A stretch of DNA of 58,403 bases from Acidimicrobiia bacterium (GCA_050329955.1 JBHJOH010000053.1:1-58403); one strand, 5' to 3'. Numbered from the stretch's first letter, positions 28,482 to 38,715 are shown. The notes: a model not told the origin generated them from the letters alone. Translations and numbers: made by a program.

Positions 28482-29716
28482 CAGGCCAGCACGTTCTTGG
28501 CGTCGACTCCGATCGGGTCGCGGTCGATGGCGAACAGGGCCATGGGGACGGTGGTATCGAACTCGTGGCGGGCGGCGCCGAGGGCCTGGGCGACCATCGA
28601 CCCGATCATGGGGGCGAGTTTGAAGCCGTGGCCGCTGAAACCGTTGGCCAGCCAGAAGCCGTCGACGCCGCTGGGGCCGACCACGGGGTGCACGTCCTGG
28701 CGGTTGATGGTGTAGAGGCCGGCGATGCCGGTGACGTTCCCGCGGGCGGCCACGGCCGGGAGGCGGTGGGCGAAGGCGGCCAGGGTGGTGTCGCGGAAGC
28801 CGGCGCTGGGGCTGCGGGCGAATTCGTCAGGGTCGGCCACCTCCTCGCGTTCGTCCTCCTCGCGTACCGATCCGATCCACACCATCGACGAGGCGCGTTC
28901 GGGACGGGCATACACGCCGGTGGCGACATCGATGGTGACGGGGATTTCTCCTGCCTCCTGGGACGGCCACGGCCGGTACAGGGTCTGGATGCGGGTGGGC
29001 ACGAAGCTCCAGCGGTGCTCGACGCCGGCCAGGGCATTGAGCTGATTGCACCAGGGGCCGGCGGCGTTGACCACCAGGTCGGCGGCGATCGACCCGCCGT
29101 CGGCCAGCCGGACACCGTGCACCCCGGAGCCATCGACGTCGACTCCCACCACCTCACTCGAGAAACGGAGGTCGACCCCTGACGCAGCGGCCGATACCAG
29201 CAAGTCCGAGAGGGTATCCATGGGGTCGATGTAGCCGGCCCGATCCTCGAACAGAAAGGCGGGGCTCGACTGGCAGTGGTGTTCGGTATCCCAGTCGAGG
29301 GGTGCGGCGCAGGACGAGATGGCAGGGAAGCGCTTGGTCAACTCGGTGCCGTCGAGGAGACCGGCCCCGGCTCCGAGCGCCTGAAGCCGCTGCACCTCGG
29401 AGGCCACCTCGTCGTGGGTGCGATCGGCGATCCACAGCACACCGGTTTCCACGAACGAGGCCGTGCTCGAGGTGGTTCGCAGATACTCGGACCACCGGCG
29501 GTAGGCGTCAAGACCGTCGATGGCCAGCCGCACCACCGCCGGATGGGTGTAGCGGGTTCGACAGATCGACGACGACGCACCGGTGGAACCCTCCCCCGGT
29601 CCGGGAGCCTTGTCGAACAGCACAACCCGTCCCAGCCCGTGCCGGGCGACTTCCAGGGCGATGGATGCGCCGACCACGCCGCCGCCGATGACGACGACGT
29701 CGGCACCGCGACTCAC
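28481..29716 (-). CDS. FAD-dependent oxidoreductase (DAO/sarcosine oxidase beta-like)
   Basis: DVVVIGGGVVG, GSTGASS, VVNAAGPW, GFSGHGFKLAP. Confidence 0.9.
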   Translation of the reverse strand: MSRGADVVVIGGGVVGASIALEVARHGLGRVVLFDKAPGPGEGSTGASSSICRTRYTHPAVVRLAIDGLDAYRRWSEYLRTTSSTASFVETGVLWIADRTHDEVASEVQRLQALGAGAGLLDGTELTKRFPAISSCAAPLDWDTEHHCQSSPAFLFEDRAGYIDPMDTLSDLLVSAAASGVDLRFSSEVVGVDVDGSGVHGVRLADGGSIAADLVVNAAGPWCNQLNALAGVEHRWSFVPTRIQTLYRPWPSQEAGEIPVTIDVATGVYARPERASSMVWIGSVREEDEREEVADPDEFARSPSAGFRDTTLAAFAHRLPAVAARGNVTGIAGLYTINRQDVHPVVGPSGVDGFWLANGFSGHGFKLAPMIGSMVAQALGAARHEFDTTVPMALFAIDRDPIGVDAKNVLA

Positions 29717-30738
29717 GGGATGGTCACCAGGTAGTCGCTGGCTTCATCATTCCACTCCAGCTCGACCAGTCCCCTGGTCTGGGCGGCCTTGACGAACTGG
29801 AGGAATCCGCCGTACCCGAAGTTCTTCTCGCTGAAGCCGGGCTGACGTTTGCGAACCTGGTTCTTGAGACCCGAGAGCACCGGACCGCCGTTGCGACCGG
29901 CCAGCGCCTTCACCACTTCCACCAGCACCCCGAAAGCCTCGTCCTCATTGGGGTTGTTGGCCAGCTCCACCATCGGGTCGCCCTTGGCGGGACCTTCCGC
30001 CAGAGCCACCACGTCGTGGTTCTCGAGGTGGCGTAGCAACTCGCCGAATGCCCGGAAGCCGTAGTCGGCCTCGCTGAAGGTGGGGTCCTTGCGGATGAGC
30101 GCCCGCTTGAGCGACGAGGCGAGCACGGCCTCGCCACCGCTGCGCTGCAGACCGGTGACGGTGGTGGTGATGAGGCGCACCAGATCGTCGAGCCCCACCT
30201 CGGCGCCGGCTCCTTTGGCGACCACCTGCACGGGGGGGTCGTCGGAGCGCCCGCGATCCACGCCGTCGAGGTTCTCGTAGAAGAGGAACTCGTCGCAGGC
30301 GGGGGGAAGCATTGCCGAGGTGGAAGCGCGGATGCCCACGCCGATCACCCGCTTGTTCAGCTCACGCAGCTTGTGCACGAGTGGGGTGAAGTCGGAGTCG
30401 CCGGTTCCGATCACGAACGTGGTGATGTACTCGCGTTCGAAGGCCAACTCGATGGCGTCGACCGCCATCTTGATGTCGGCGGCGTTCTTTCGCACCGCCC
30501 CCATCCGTTGGGTGATCTCGATCAGTTCGACGTGGTTGCGGGTGAGCATGCGCCGGTCCTCGTCGAACATCGACCAGTCGGCGTAGGCCTTGCGGGCCAC
30601 CACCCGGCCGCGTTCTGCCAGGGCATCGGAGATGGGTTTGAGGTCGAAGGCCGCTCCGGAGAGGGCTTCTCTGGTTCCGATCGCCAGGTTCTCGTAGTCG
30701 AGGAACAGTGCGATGCGTTCGTCATCGGGTGTGGTCAC
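29713..30738 (-). CDS. NYN/LabA (DUF88) nuclease-fold protein with two OST-HTH/LOTUS domains
   Basis: FLDYEN, KNAADIKMAVD, GTGDSDFTPL; DPTFSEADYGFRAF and QPGFSEKNFGYGGF repeats. Confidence 0.88.
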   Translation of the reverse strand: MTTPDDERIALFLDYENLAIGTREALSGAAFDLKPISDALAERGRVVARKAYADWSMFDEDRRMLTRNHVELIEITQRMGAVRKNAADIKMAVDAIELAFEREYITTFVIGTGDSDFTPLVHKLRELNKRVIGVGIRASTSAMLPPACDEFLFYENLDGVDRGRSDDPPVQVVAKGAGAEVGLDDLVRLITTTVTGLQRSGGEAVLASSLKRALIRKDPTFSEADYGFRAFGELLRHLENHDVVALAEGPAKGDPMVELANNPNEDEAFGVLVEVVKALAGRNGGPVLSGLKNQVRKRQPGFSEKNFGYGGFLQFVKAAQTRGLVELEWNDEASDYLVTIP

Positions 30739-30841
30739 AAGCCCGAGGCTACACCGAAGCGCCGGTTGGGCAGGCGGTGCCGCATGCGATTGGGGTCGAA
30801 GGGCCCATTCGGTCGGGCCCGAGACGAGCCGATGGAAATCG

Positions 30842-31768
30842 ATGCGCTCCGTTCACAAGGTGGTTGCCGCCACGGTGCCCGGCGCGGTTGCTCTGGCAGT
30901 CGTCAGGTACCGCCAAGCCGTGCGCCAGTTGGACTCTCTCCCGGTGCAACCGCCGGCGCTGCCGGGCGTGGTCCGCAGCCTCGCCACCCGGTGGGGCCGC
31001 ATCAGCTACCGGTTGATCTCGAGACCGGAGTCGCCGCACCCGGCGATCGTGCTGGTGCACGGGTGGGGCCGAACCGCCGACTCGGCATGGTGGCCGGTGA
31101 TGCTTGAGTCCAACCGCAGCATCCTGGCCATCGACCTGCCCGGGCACGGCCGGTCGGTGATCGAACGCAGATTCTCCTTCTCACTCGCCGCCGAGTCGAT
31201 CCTGGCGGCCATCGACGACGCCGGCGTCGACCGTCCATTGCTGGCGGGCCATTCGATGGGTGGCCCGGTGTGTCTGACCACCATCCTGTGGGCGGGGGCT
31301 TCGACCTTCACCGGTTTCGTGGCGCTGGCCACCTCGGCCTACTGGGTGCGACCCCGCCAGATGGTGATGGTGGCGTCGGCACCGTACGTGTTGGGTGCCC
31401 GCTCGCCGGTGATGCTTCGCACCCAGCGGAACGAGGCACGGCGGATGCCGGACGACACCTCGCGCATCGCCTGGGAGTACGCGGTGCGCCCGGATCGACA
31501 GGTGCTGTTGGACACCGCCATGGAGCTGCGCCGCTTCGACGCCCGCCGATGGACCGGCTTGCAGATGCCGCCCACCACCTGGGTGATCACCACCCGCGAC
31601 GGCGTGATCGACGCCGAGGATCAACGAGTGTCCGCCACCATGTTCGCCCAGCACCGACTGGAGATCTCGAGCGAGCATTCGGTGGTGATCGAGGCGCCGA
31701 CCCAGGTGACGCGTATTCTCGACGCCGTCTCGGCCCGTCCGGACGGCCCCGCCCTCATCGCCATCTGA
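30842..31768 (+). CDS. Alpha/beta fold hydrolase
   Basis: VLVHGW, IDLPGHG, GHSMGG nucleophile elbow. Confidence 0.85.
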   Translation: MRSVHKVVAATVPGAVALAVVRYRQAVRQLDSLPVQPPALPGVVRSLATRWGRISYRLISRPESPHPAIVLVHGWGRTADSAWWPVMLESNRSILAIDLPGHGRSVIERRFSFSLAAESILAAIDDAGVDRPLLAGHSMGGPVCLTTILWAGASTFTGFVALATSAYWVRPRQMVMVASAPYVLGARSPVMLRTQRNEARRMPDDTSRIAWEYAVRPDRQVLLDTAMELRRFDARRWTGLQMPPTTWVITTRDGVIDAEDQRVSATMFAQHRLEISSEHSVVIEAPTQVTRILDAVSARPDGPALIAI

Positions 31769-31833
31769 CCACTGGCCCTCGGGGTCGACTCAGCGCAACA
31801 ACAGCATGGCCGTCCCACCGGGAAAGGACCGAC

Positions 31834-32025
31834 TCAACTCGCCAGCGCCCGCACCGGAACCGCCCAGACCGGTTCCGGCACCCGGAGGTCGACGACCGAG
31901 GTCACCGCCAGACGGTGCATGGTCATGTCGAGCCCGTGGCTCGAGCAGTAGTGGGCACCGGCGATGATCACGACCGAAGGCCGTTCGCACCGTCCGCAGA
32001 AGTGAGTCACACCTATGTGATTCAT
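31834..32025 (-). CDS. 63-aa putative zinc-binding microprotein (CxxC-x13-CxxH)
   Basis: MNHIGVTHFCGRCERPSVVIIAGAHYCSSHGL...VVDLR...VRALAS*; promoter-like motif 7 nt upstream. Confidence 0.7.
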   Translation of the reverse strand: MNHIGVTHFCGRCERPSVVIIAGAHYCSSHGLDMTMHRLAVTSVVDLRVPEPVWAVPVRALAS

Positions 32026-32032
32026 ACATCAG

Positions 32033-32059
32033 GTATCGGCGTGGTCGAGCCGGAGTGAA
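32033..32059 (-). promoter_or_regulatory. Putative sigma28-type promoter
   Basis: TTCA-N15-GCCGATAC, ATG 7 nt downstream; same geometry as 8963-8989. Confidence 0.6.
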
Positions 32060-32094
32060 GATCTTTTCGAGGTTCCGGATCGGACTCGTGATCG

Positions 32095-32120
32095 GGTTTG
32101 GGCGGCCGAACGGCGGGTAG
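32095..32120 (+). promoter_or_regulatory. SigF/SigB-type promoter
   Basis: GGTTT-N15-GGGTAG upstream of the DUF4383 gene. Confidence 0.6.
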
Positions 32121-32149
32121 CCCGACAGAACACCACAGAGAGGCCCACC

Positions 32150-32650
32150 ATGGACCCCCGCCAGCGACGTGCCGACCTGCGCACCGGACACCACCCCACA
32201 CCCGTCTCGCCAGGCGGGCTCGATTCGATGCCGGCCGTTCAGAAGGCGGCGATCGCGACTGCGGCGGTGTTCGTGGTGCTCGGTGTTCTCGGGTTCATCC
32301 CGGGAGTCACCACCAACTATGACCGGCTCGACTGGTTCGGACCCGAATCCGAGGCGCTCCTGCTGGGAGTGTTCCAGGTGTCGATCCTTCACAACCTGGT
32401 TCATCTGGGCTTTGGCCTCCTCGGCGTGGCGGCCGCCCGCGCCATCGGCTCCTCACGGGTCTACCTGATCGGCGGCGGCGCTCTCTACGCCGTCCTTTGG
32501 CTGTACGGCTTCGTCGTGGACAAGGACAGCGAAGCGAACTTCGTGCCCCTCAACGCCGCCGACGACTGGCTGCATCTCTTTCCGGCCGTTGTCATGGTCG
32601 GCTTGGGGCTGGCGCTCACCGACCGCCGGCGGGGAGACGTTCGACGGTAA
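32150..32650 (+). CDS. DUF4383 membrane protein
   Basis: GVLGFIPGVTTNYD, LLGVFQVSILHNLVHL, ANFVPLNAADDWLH. Confidence 0.88.
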   Translation: MDPRQRRADLRTGHHPTPVSPGGLDSMPAVQKAAIATAAVFVVLGVLGFIPGVTTNYDRLDWFGPESEALLLGVFQVSILHNLVHLGFGLLGVAAARAIGSSRVYLIGGGALYAVLWLYGFVVDKDSEANFVPLNAADDWLHLFPAVVMVGLGLALTDRRRGDVRR

Positions 32651-32697
32651 CGCTCGATCGGGGCGACCCGGGACAGGCCCCGAGGCCCCGACCGAAC

Positions 32698-32725
32698 GGT
32701 TTGTGGGGTCGGCCGCGTCGGGTAG
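32698..32725 (+). promoter_or_regulatory. SigF/SigB-type promoter
   Basis: GGTTT-N17-GGGTAG, ATG 9 nt downstream. Confidence 0.55.
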
Positions 32726-33024
32726 TGCGCCCCCATGACCACTTCATGGATCTCCTGGCCACCCGAGCAACAACCAAGCGGGAACAGCCTCGACGCCCAC
32801 GTCGCTCCGTCCCCCGTACCCCGGGGTCCGTAGGCGAGACTCACCTTCGGAGACACTGGGGCACCCGCCTGAAGACTGCGGCCCATTCGAAACGGCGTCT
32901 CCAGGCGGCCCTGGTGGCCGCACCGACGCCGCCTCCGGCCCCGGATGCCGGCACAGACGATCTCGTATCATCCCGCCATGGCTGACCCGACCCTCAGCCC
33001 TCCGCCCGACCCAGGAGTATCCAC

Positions 33025-33783
33025 ATGTCCCCAGCCAGTGACCGCCGTGTCCTCGTCACAGGCGCCGCCCGGGGCATCGGGGCAGCTACCGCCCGGGCAT
33101 TCGCCGCCGCCGGCGCCGACGTGGCCATCGTCGACGTCGACCCCGGCCCCGAGGGGGCACAGGTGGTTGCAGACATCGAAGCGGCGGGCCGTCGCGGTTT
33201 GGCCATCCAGGCCGATCTGACCACAGTGGAACAGTGCCGTCACGCCGTCGCCTCCGCCGTCACGTTCCTGGGCGGAATCGACGTGCTGGTCAACAACGCC
33301 GGCGGCAACCTGGGCATCTACGCCACATTCGAGGAGCTGTCCGAGGACCAGTTCGACCGGATTCTGTCACTGAACCTCAAGAGCACCTTCTTCGTGTCAC
33401 AGGCGGCCATCCCCCACCTGCGGAAACGGCCCGGTGGTCGCATCATCAACCTGGCGTCGGAGCTCGTCTGGGTGGGCTACGAACTGATGCCGGCCTACGT
33501 GGCTGCCAAAGGTGCCGTGGTGGCGTTGACCCGCTCGATGGCGCGAGCGGCGGCTCCAGGAGTCACCGTCAACGCCGTTGCCCCTGGTCCCACCGCCACC
33601 GAGCGGTTCAAACGCGGCAAGTGGTACCGGGAGGAGAAGGAGCGCCGCGAGGCCGACATACCCCTCGGTCGATTTGGCGAACCCGAGGACATCGCCCGCT
33701 TCATCGTGTCGCTGGCGGGCGACACCGGCGACTGGTGCACGGGTCAGACCTTCCACGCCAACGGTGGCGTCGTCATGCCGTGA
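33025..33783 (+). CDS. Short-chain dehydrogenase/reductase
   Basis: TGAARGIG, LVNNAG, YVAAK. AGGAG RBS. Confidence 0.92.
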   Translation: MSPASDRRVLVTGAARGIGAATARAFAAAGADVAIVDVDPGPEGAQVVADIEAAGRRGLAIQADLTTVEQCRHAVASAVTFLGGIDVLVNNAGGNLGIYATFEELSEDQFDRILSLNLKSTFFVSQAAIPHLRKRPGGRIINLASELVWVGYELMPAYVAAKGAVVALTRSMARAAAPGVTVNAVAPGPTATERFKRGKWYREEKERREADIPLGRFGEPEDIARFIVSLAGDTGDWCTGQTFHANGGVVMP

Positions 33784-33798
33784 TCGTCGGCGTCGGGG

Positions 33799-34023
33799 TC
33801 AACCGGTCCGGGCGCGGCGCGGCGTGTGACTTCCGTCGCACAGTGGAGCCATCCTCGAGCGGCCACATCGACACAGGGCGATGACGGCACGTTCTGGGTC
33901 TACCGATGCGACGGCTGAGCCGTCGGCATGCTCGAGCGCGAAGGCACCGCTCACCAGAAGCGGCCCGTCCGGATAGGCCCGGATCGACACGGGTGCGGGA
34001 CCGGCGTTCTGAGAGGATGTCAT
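33799..34023 (-). CDS. CDGSH iron-sulfur domain protein
   Basis: DGPLLV...LCRCGRSRMAPLCDGSH. GGTTG-N15-GGGTAG (34033-34058) lies 9 nt upstream. Confidence 0.88.
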   Translation of the reverse strand: MTSSQNAGPAPVSIRAYPDGPLLVSGAFALEHADGSAVASVDPERAVIALCRCGRSRMAPLCDGSHTPRRARTG

Positions 34024-34072
34024 GGTGTACTGCTACCCGCCGTTGCCTGTCCGCAACCGTCAGGAGTTCCTC

Positions 34073-34681
34073 ATGCCAGACAGCACGACCCCCACCGTCC
34101 ACTTCCTGGCCGAGGCTCCCCCGGGGCCGGAAGCCGAGGCGATGTTCGGAAACGACGTCAAGGAACTGGGATACGTGATGAACCTGACCCACCTGTGGGC
34201 CCACCAACCGGCTGCGTTCACCTCGCTGTTCGACCTCCTCGGCACCGCCGCGGCAGGCGGTGATCTGAGTCTCCGCCAGAAGGGCATCCTGGTGGGGGCC
34301 GCTGCCTCGTCGATCAACGACTCGTACTGCTCGCTGGCCTGGGGCAGCCGCCTCGCCGGGGTGGCGGGCAATGCAGCCGCGGCAGGGGTGCTGCTCGGCG
34401 ATGACACCGAGCTCGACCCCTCCGAAGCGGTCATGGCCCGCTGGGCCCGGAAGGTGGCCCTCGACCCCACCGCCACTACCCCGGCTGACGTCCAGGAACT
34501 GCGTGAAGCCGGACTCGACGACGCCCAGATCTTCGCCATGACGCTCTACGTGGCCCTTCGGGTGACCTTCTCGACCGTCAACAACGCCCTGGGCGTCCGG
34601 CCGGACTCCGCGCTCGCCGACGCCGCTCCCCCGGCTGTTCGCCATGCCGTCACGTACGGACGCCCGGTCGCCGACATGTGA
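34073..34681 (+). CDS. AhpD/carboxymuconolactone decarboxylase-like protein
   Basis: GYVMNLTHLWAHQP, INDSYCSLAWG, DVQELREAGLDDAQIF. AGGAG RBS before ATG at 34073. Confidence 0.75.
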   Translation: MPDSTTPTVHFLAEAPPGPEAEAMFGNDVKELGYVMNLTHLWAHQPAAFTSLFDLLGTAAAGGDLSLRQKGILVGAAASSINDSYCSLAWGSRLAGVAGNAAAAGVLLGDDTELDPSEAVMARWARKVALDPTATTPADVQELREAGLDDAQIFAMTLYVALRVTFSTVNNALGVRPDSALADAAPPAVRHAVTYGRPVADM

Positions 34682-34686
34682 GCGAA

Positions 34687-34983
34687 TCACCAACCGGTGA
34701 TGAGGACAACGACCGCTCCGAGCAGCACACCGCCGGCCACCGCCTCGACCGTGGCCCTCATCAGCCTGCCTTTCCGTGATCGGACGGCGGACACCGGTGC
34801 CACGCCTGCCGCAAAACCCAGTCTGAACACCTCCCAATCCCAGAGCGGATCACGGGGACAGGTGCCGGTCCCCTTCCATCCGGCACAGTCCCCGAAGATG
34901 AACGCCAACCCGAGCGCTCCGACTGAGAACACCACGGCCACGAACACGAACAGAGCTCGAACGACCCTCGGGAGCGATCTCAT
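34687..34983 (-). CDS. Small hypothetical membrane protein
   Basis: AGGAGG RBS, MRSLPRVV start, hydrophobic segments, Cys-x7-Cys loop. Confidence 0.6.
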   Translation of the reverse strand: MRSLPRVVRALFVFVAVVFSVGALGLAFIFGDCAGWKGTGTCPRDPLWDWEVFRLGFAAGVAPVSAVRSRKGRLMRATVEAVAGGVLLGAVVVLITGW

Positions 34984-35135
34984 CGTGCCTGCCTCCTGCC
35001 GTCGACCGGTCATCCCTCCCCGCCGAGGCATGGCTACCCGGCACTGCCGGGACAGCAGGATAAGCCGGCTGGTCGACCCCGGACAGTCCGTATCCAGGCG
35101 TTTGGCCGGGTCGGCGGAAGGGAAGTCCCCACTCC

Positions 35136-35738
35136 ATGAACGGTCACACCACCGCAACGCCTGTCGCCCGCCAAGAGATTCGAGCTCCCGAGTGGCTCCG
35201 TGACTGGGTGCGCCGCCTCGAGTCCGACCAGCGCCTCGACAAGGCGGCGACGGTACTGCAACCCGTCGCCACGAGTGTCGGCGCCGGGCGACGTGGGTTG
35301 GTGCTGCAGGGAAGGGCGATCGGACACGCACTCCACCCGCTCATGACCGATCTACCGCTGGGATGTTGGATGTCGGCCGGTCTTCTCGACCTGTTCGGCG
35401 GCAAGCAGTCGCGTACGGCCGCCCGCCGACTGGTCGGGTTCGGTCTGCTGGCCGTGCCGGGCACCGTGGCCACTGGCATGGCCGACTACGCCGATATCGC
35501 CGATCAGCCCGACCGACGGGTGGCGGTGGTCCACGCCGCTGGGAACGCCGCCGTCGCCGCCCTGTACTTCGCATCGTGGCGGGCCCGCCGACGGGGCCGC
35601 TTCGGCTCTGGAAAAGCGCTTGGTTTGGCCGGGGGCCTGCTCGCCATGGGGACCGGATACCTGGGCGGGCATCTGTCGTTCGCCCGATCGGTGGGGACCG
35701 GGGCGCGGGGACTCGAATCGGGCGTAGCCGGCGACTGA
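35136..35738 (+). CDS. DUF2231-like membrane protein
   Basis: GHALHPLMTDLPLG, TGMADY, VHAAGN, GYLGGHL. CGTTT-N16-GGGAAG at 35099-35125. Confidence 0.85.
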   Translation: MNGHTTATPVARQEIRAPEWLRDWVRRLESDQRLDKAATVLQPVATSVGAGRRGLVLQGRAIGHALHPLMTDLPLGCWMSAGLLDLFGGKQSRTAARRLVGFGLLAVPGTVATGMADYADIADQPDRRVAVVHAAGNAAVAALYFASWRARRRGRFGSGKALGLAGGLLAMGTGYLGGHLSFARSVGTGARGLESGVAGD

Positions 35739-35808
35739 CTGAGCGGGTGACCACCGTTTCCTGGACTCGCGGGCGGGTAGAGACCCCCGCGACGAAGTGG
35801 AGGATCAC

Positions 35809-36315
35809 GTGGAAGAGTCACTCACCCGAAACCAGGAAGTTGCCGTGGTCGGCGCCGCATTCCCGGATGCGCCTTCGGCGGTGGCTGCCAGACAGGACCT
35901 GGGACGGTTGGGACTGGACGAGGACGACGTCCGGACGGCGGTGTGGACCGACGGGCGATTCGTACCCAGCGATTACGCCGGTCAGCACATCTGGCGCAGC
36001 ATCGCCCGATCAGCCGTCTTCGGGACGATCATCGGAACGGTGGCGACGACCGCCCTGTCGTACTTGATCTGGCCGGGCAGTTCGTTGTTGCTCCTGCTCA
36101 TCGTCGGAGCCAGCTTCGGAAGCGCCGTCGGCGTGATCCTCGGCGGGTACCACGGTCTCAACCAGAAGCGCGGCGAACTCTGGTTCGAAAACGACTGGAG
36201 GGACTCCACCGATGTCGAAGGCACCACCCTGCTGGTGTTTCGTCCCATGGCCCACCTCGGTGAGGCAACCCAGGTTGTGAGGAAGCATGGCGGCCGGATG
36301 CTGACGGGATCCTGA
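35809..36315 (+). CDS. Hypothetical 2-TM protein, general-stress-protein-like architecture
   Basis: GGAGGA then GTG; Gly-rich TM hairpin. CGTTT-N15-GGGTAG at 35755-35780. Confidence 0.65.
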   Translation: MEESLTRNQEVAVVGAAFPDAPSAVAARQDLGRLGLDEDDVRTAVWTDGRFVPSDYAGQHIWRSIARSAVFGTIIGTVATTALSYLIWPGSSLLLLLIVGASFGSAVGVILGGYHGLNQKRGELWFENDWRDSTDVEGTTLLVFRPMAHLGEATQVVRKHGGRMLTGS

Positions 36316-36339
36316 GACCGGCCCTCCCGGGGCCACGGC

Positions 36340-38682
36340 TCAGACGGTCGGCGGGTCCATGGCACGTTCCCAGTTGCGATGCCGGGAAAGCGCATCGATG
36401 AATCCACCGGTGTCGGCGGTCATCGCCCAGTCGGCGTCCCGCTCGAGGGGAATACCTGCCGCCTCGAACAGTGCTTCCGCCGCCCCCAAGGCGAGGATCG
36501 GCTTGCAGTGGCGGTACTGATCGCGGACGAACTCGACCGCGTGCCCGAGCGAGGCGAGGTTGACGGCGGCGGATCCGTCTGGGATGACAGCCGCGTCGAA
36601 CAGCACCGACGGCATGGTCTCGAAGGTGGCGTCGGGTGAGATGCTGCCTCCGCCGGCATCGAGGGTGGCGAGCCGCTCCGCCACCAACCTCGGCACCGCT
36701 CCACGCGCAGCCAGGGCGGTTCGGACCGACTCGACCGATGACGCATCAACCCCGGGAGCCAGCAGGATGGCCACCTTGCGGCCGGCGATCGACCCGTCGC
36801 CGGGACGGGCCGTCAACGAGAGAGCCGGCGACGTCTCGACCTCGGGTTCGAGCGGCTCGGCCGCCCGCTTCATGGCGCGAGGCAACGCCATCCCGAGTCC
36901 CCTCGCCACCGCTCCGGCCAGTTCGTCGGACACGTTGCGCAGCATCGCCACCGTCCGGGTCCTGATGGCCGGGATCTGGACCTTGGTGAGCTCGAAACGG
37001 AACGCCCGGATGATGTGCGACTGTTCAGCCGGGGTCTGACTCTCCCAGAACAGGCGGGCCTGGGTGTAGTGGTCGGCGAACTTCTCGGGCTTGCTTCGCA
37101 CCTTGTCGGCGGCGATCGGCTCGGGGAACGAGGCGTACCCGGCCGTCCCGGCCTGGAACGGGCATCCACCCGCCAATGAGTTGGGCTCATAGGAGACCCG
37201 ACCGCGATGAATTGCCTGGCGGTGGAAGCCGTCACGCTGGTTGTTGTGCACCTGGGCGACCGACGAGTTGATGGGGATCTCGTGGAAGTTGGGCCCGCCC
37301 AGCCGCAGCAACTGCGTGTCGAAGTAGGAGTGGATGCGACCGGCCAACAGCGGATCGTTGGAGAAGTCGATGCCGGGAATCACGTTCTGTACCCCGAAGG
37401 CGACCTGCTCGGTCTCGGCGAAGAAGTTGTCGGGGTTGCGGTTCAACACCATCCGACCCACCGGGAGGATCGGCACCAACTCTTCGGGGATGATCTTGGT
37501 GGCGTCGAGCACGTCGAAGCTGAAGCCCTCGGCCTGCTCCTCGGTGAAGATCTGGAACCCCAACTCGAACTCGGGGTGGACGCCGGCTTCGATCGACTCC
37601 CACAGGTCGCGCCGGGTGTAGTCGGGATCGGCTCCCGAGATCTTGACGCACTCGTCCCAGTCGAGTGAGTGGGTGCCCGCCACCGGCGTCCAGTGGAACT
37701 TCACGAACACCGACTGGCCCCGGGCGTTCACCAGCCGGAAGGTGTGCACGCCGAAACCCTGCATCATGCGGAAACTTCGGGGCAGTGCCCGATCCGACAT
37801 GACCCACATGAGCATGTGGGTCGACTCGGGCATCAGCGAGACGAAGTCCCAGAAGGTGTCGTGGGCGCTGGCAGCCTGGGGCATGGCGTGATGCGGCTCC
37901 GGCTTGAGGGCATGCACCAGATCGGGGAACTTCATGGCGTCCTGGATGAAGAACACCGGGATGTTGTTGCCGACGATGTCGAAGTTGCCCTCGTGGGTGT
38001 AGAACTTGGTGGCGAACCCGCGCACATCCCGGGGTGTGTCCGTCGATCCCCGCTCTCCTGCAACGGTCGAGAAACGCACGAACACCGGGGTTCGTTTGCC
38101 GGGCTCGGCCAGGAACGAAGCCCTCGTGTACTTGGCGAGTGACTCGTAACACTCGAAGTACCCGTGTGCACCGGACCCTCTGGCGTGCACGATCCGCTCG
38201 GGGATCCGTTCGTGGTCGAAGTGGGTGATCTTTTCCCGGAGGATGAAGTCCTCGAGCAGGGCGGGTCCCCGCAGCCCGGCCCGCAGCGTGTGCTGGTTGT
38301 CGGCCACGGGGAGGCCGAAGTTGGTGGTGAGGGCGCGCCCACCCGAGTCCACCCTGACCCGGTCGAGCGGGTCGTTCCCGGGGTTGGTGCCGGGAATCGC
38401 CTGGGTGCCCACCTTGTCGGAGTCGTGACTCTCGGTGAGGGTGCTGGCGGTGACACTCGGATCGTCGATTTCGACGGTCGCTCCCACCTTGGGCTTGCGG
38501 GAAGCCTCCCCGTACTCGCCCCGCTTGTTCGGGTTGGCGGGAAGCGCTGCCGCCGTGGCCTCGGTGGCTTCCATCTGGCGTACGGCCGCTCCCTCGCCTC
38601 CGGGCGGGGACGCCGGCCCGCCGACGGTGGACTTTTCGGCTTCGCTCTTGGATGCGCTCGGCTTGCCCTGCTCATTCGCCAC
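36340..38682 (-). CDS. katE: Large-subunit catalase HPII
   Basis: [36 protein letters not shown]-terminal DJ-1-like domain. Confidence 0.95.
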   Translation of the reverse strand: MANEQGKPSASKSEAEKSTVGGPASPPGGEGAAVRQMEATEATAAALPANPNKRGEYGEASRKPKVGATVEIDDPSVTASTLTESHDSDKVGTQAIPGTNPGNDPLDRVRVDSGGRALTTNFGLPVADNQHTLRAGLRGPALLEDFILREKITHFDHERIPERIVHARGSGAHGYFECYESLAKYTRASFLAEPGKRTPVFVRFSTVAGERGSTDTPRDVRGFATKFYTHEGNFDIVGNNIPVFFIQDAMKFPDLVHALKPEPHHAMPQAASAHDTFWDFVSLMPESTHMLMWVMSDRALPRSFRMMQGFGVHTFRLVNARGQSVFVKFHWTPVAGTHSLDWDECVKISGADPDYTRRDLWESIEAGVHPEFELGFQIFTEEQAEGFSFDVLDATKIIPEELVPILPVGRMVLNRNPDNFFAETEQVAFGVQNVIPGIDFSNDPLLAGRIHSYFDTQLLRLGGPNFHEIPINSSVAQVHNNQRDGFHRQAIHRGRVSYEPNSLAGGCPFQAGTAGYASFPEPIAADKVRSKPEKFADHYTQARLFWESQTPAEQSHIIRAFRFELTKVQIPAIRTRTVAMLRNVSDELAGAVARGLGMALPRAMKRAAEPLEPEVETSPALSLTARPGDGSIAGRKVAILLAPGVDASSVESVRTALAARGAVPRLVAERLATLDAGGGSISPDATFETMPSVLFDAAVIPDGSAAVNLASLGHAVEFVRDQYRHCKPILALGAAEALFEAAGIPLERDADWAMTADTGGFIDALSRHRNWERAMDPPTV

Positions 38683-38715
38683 GGTTCGACCCCTTGTAGT
38701 TCGCCGGCACGGCGG

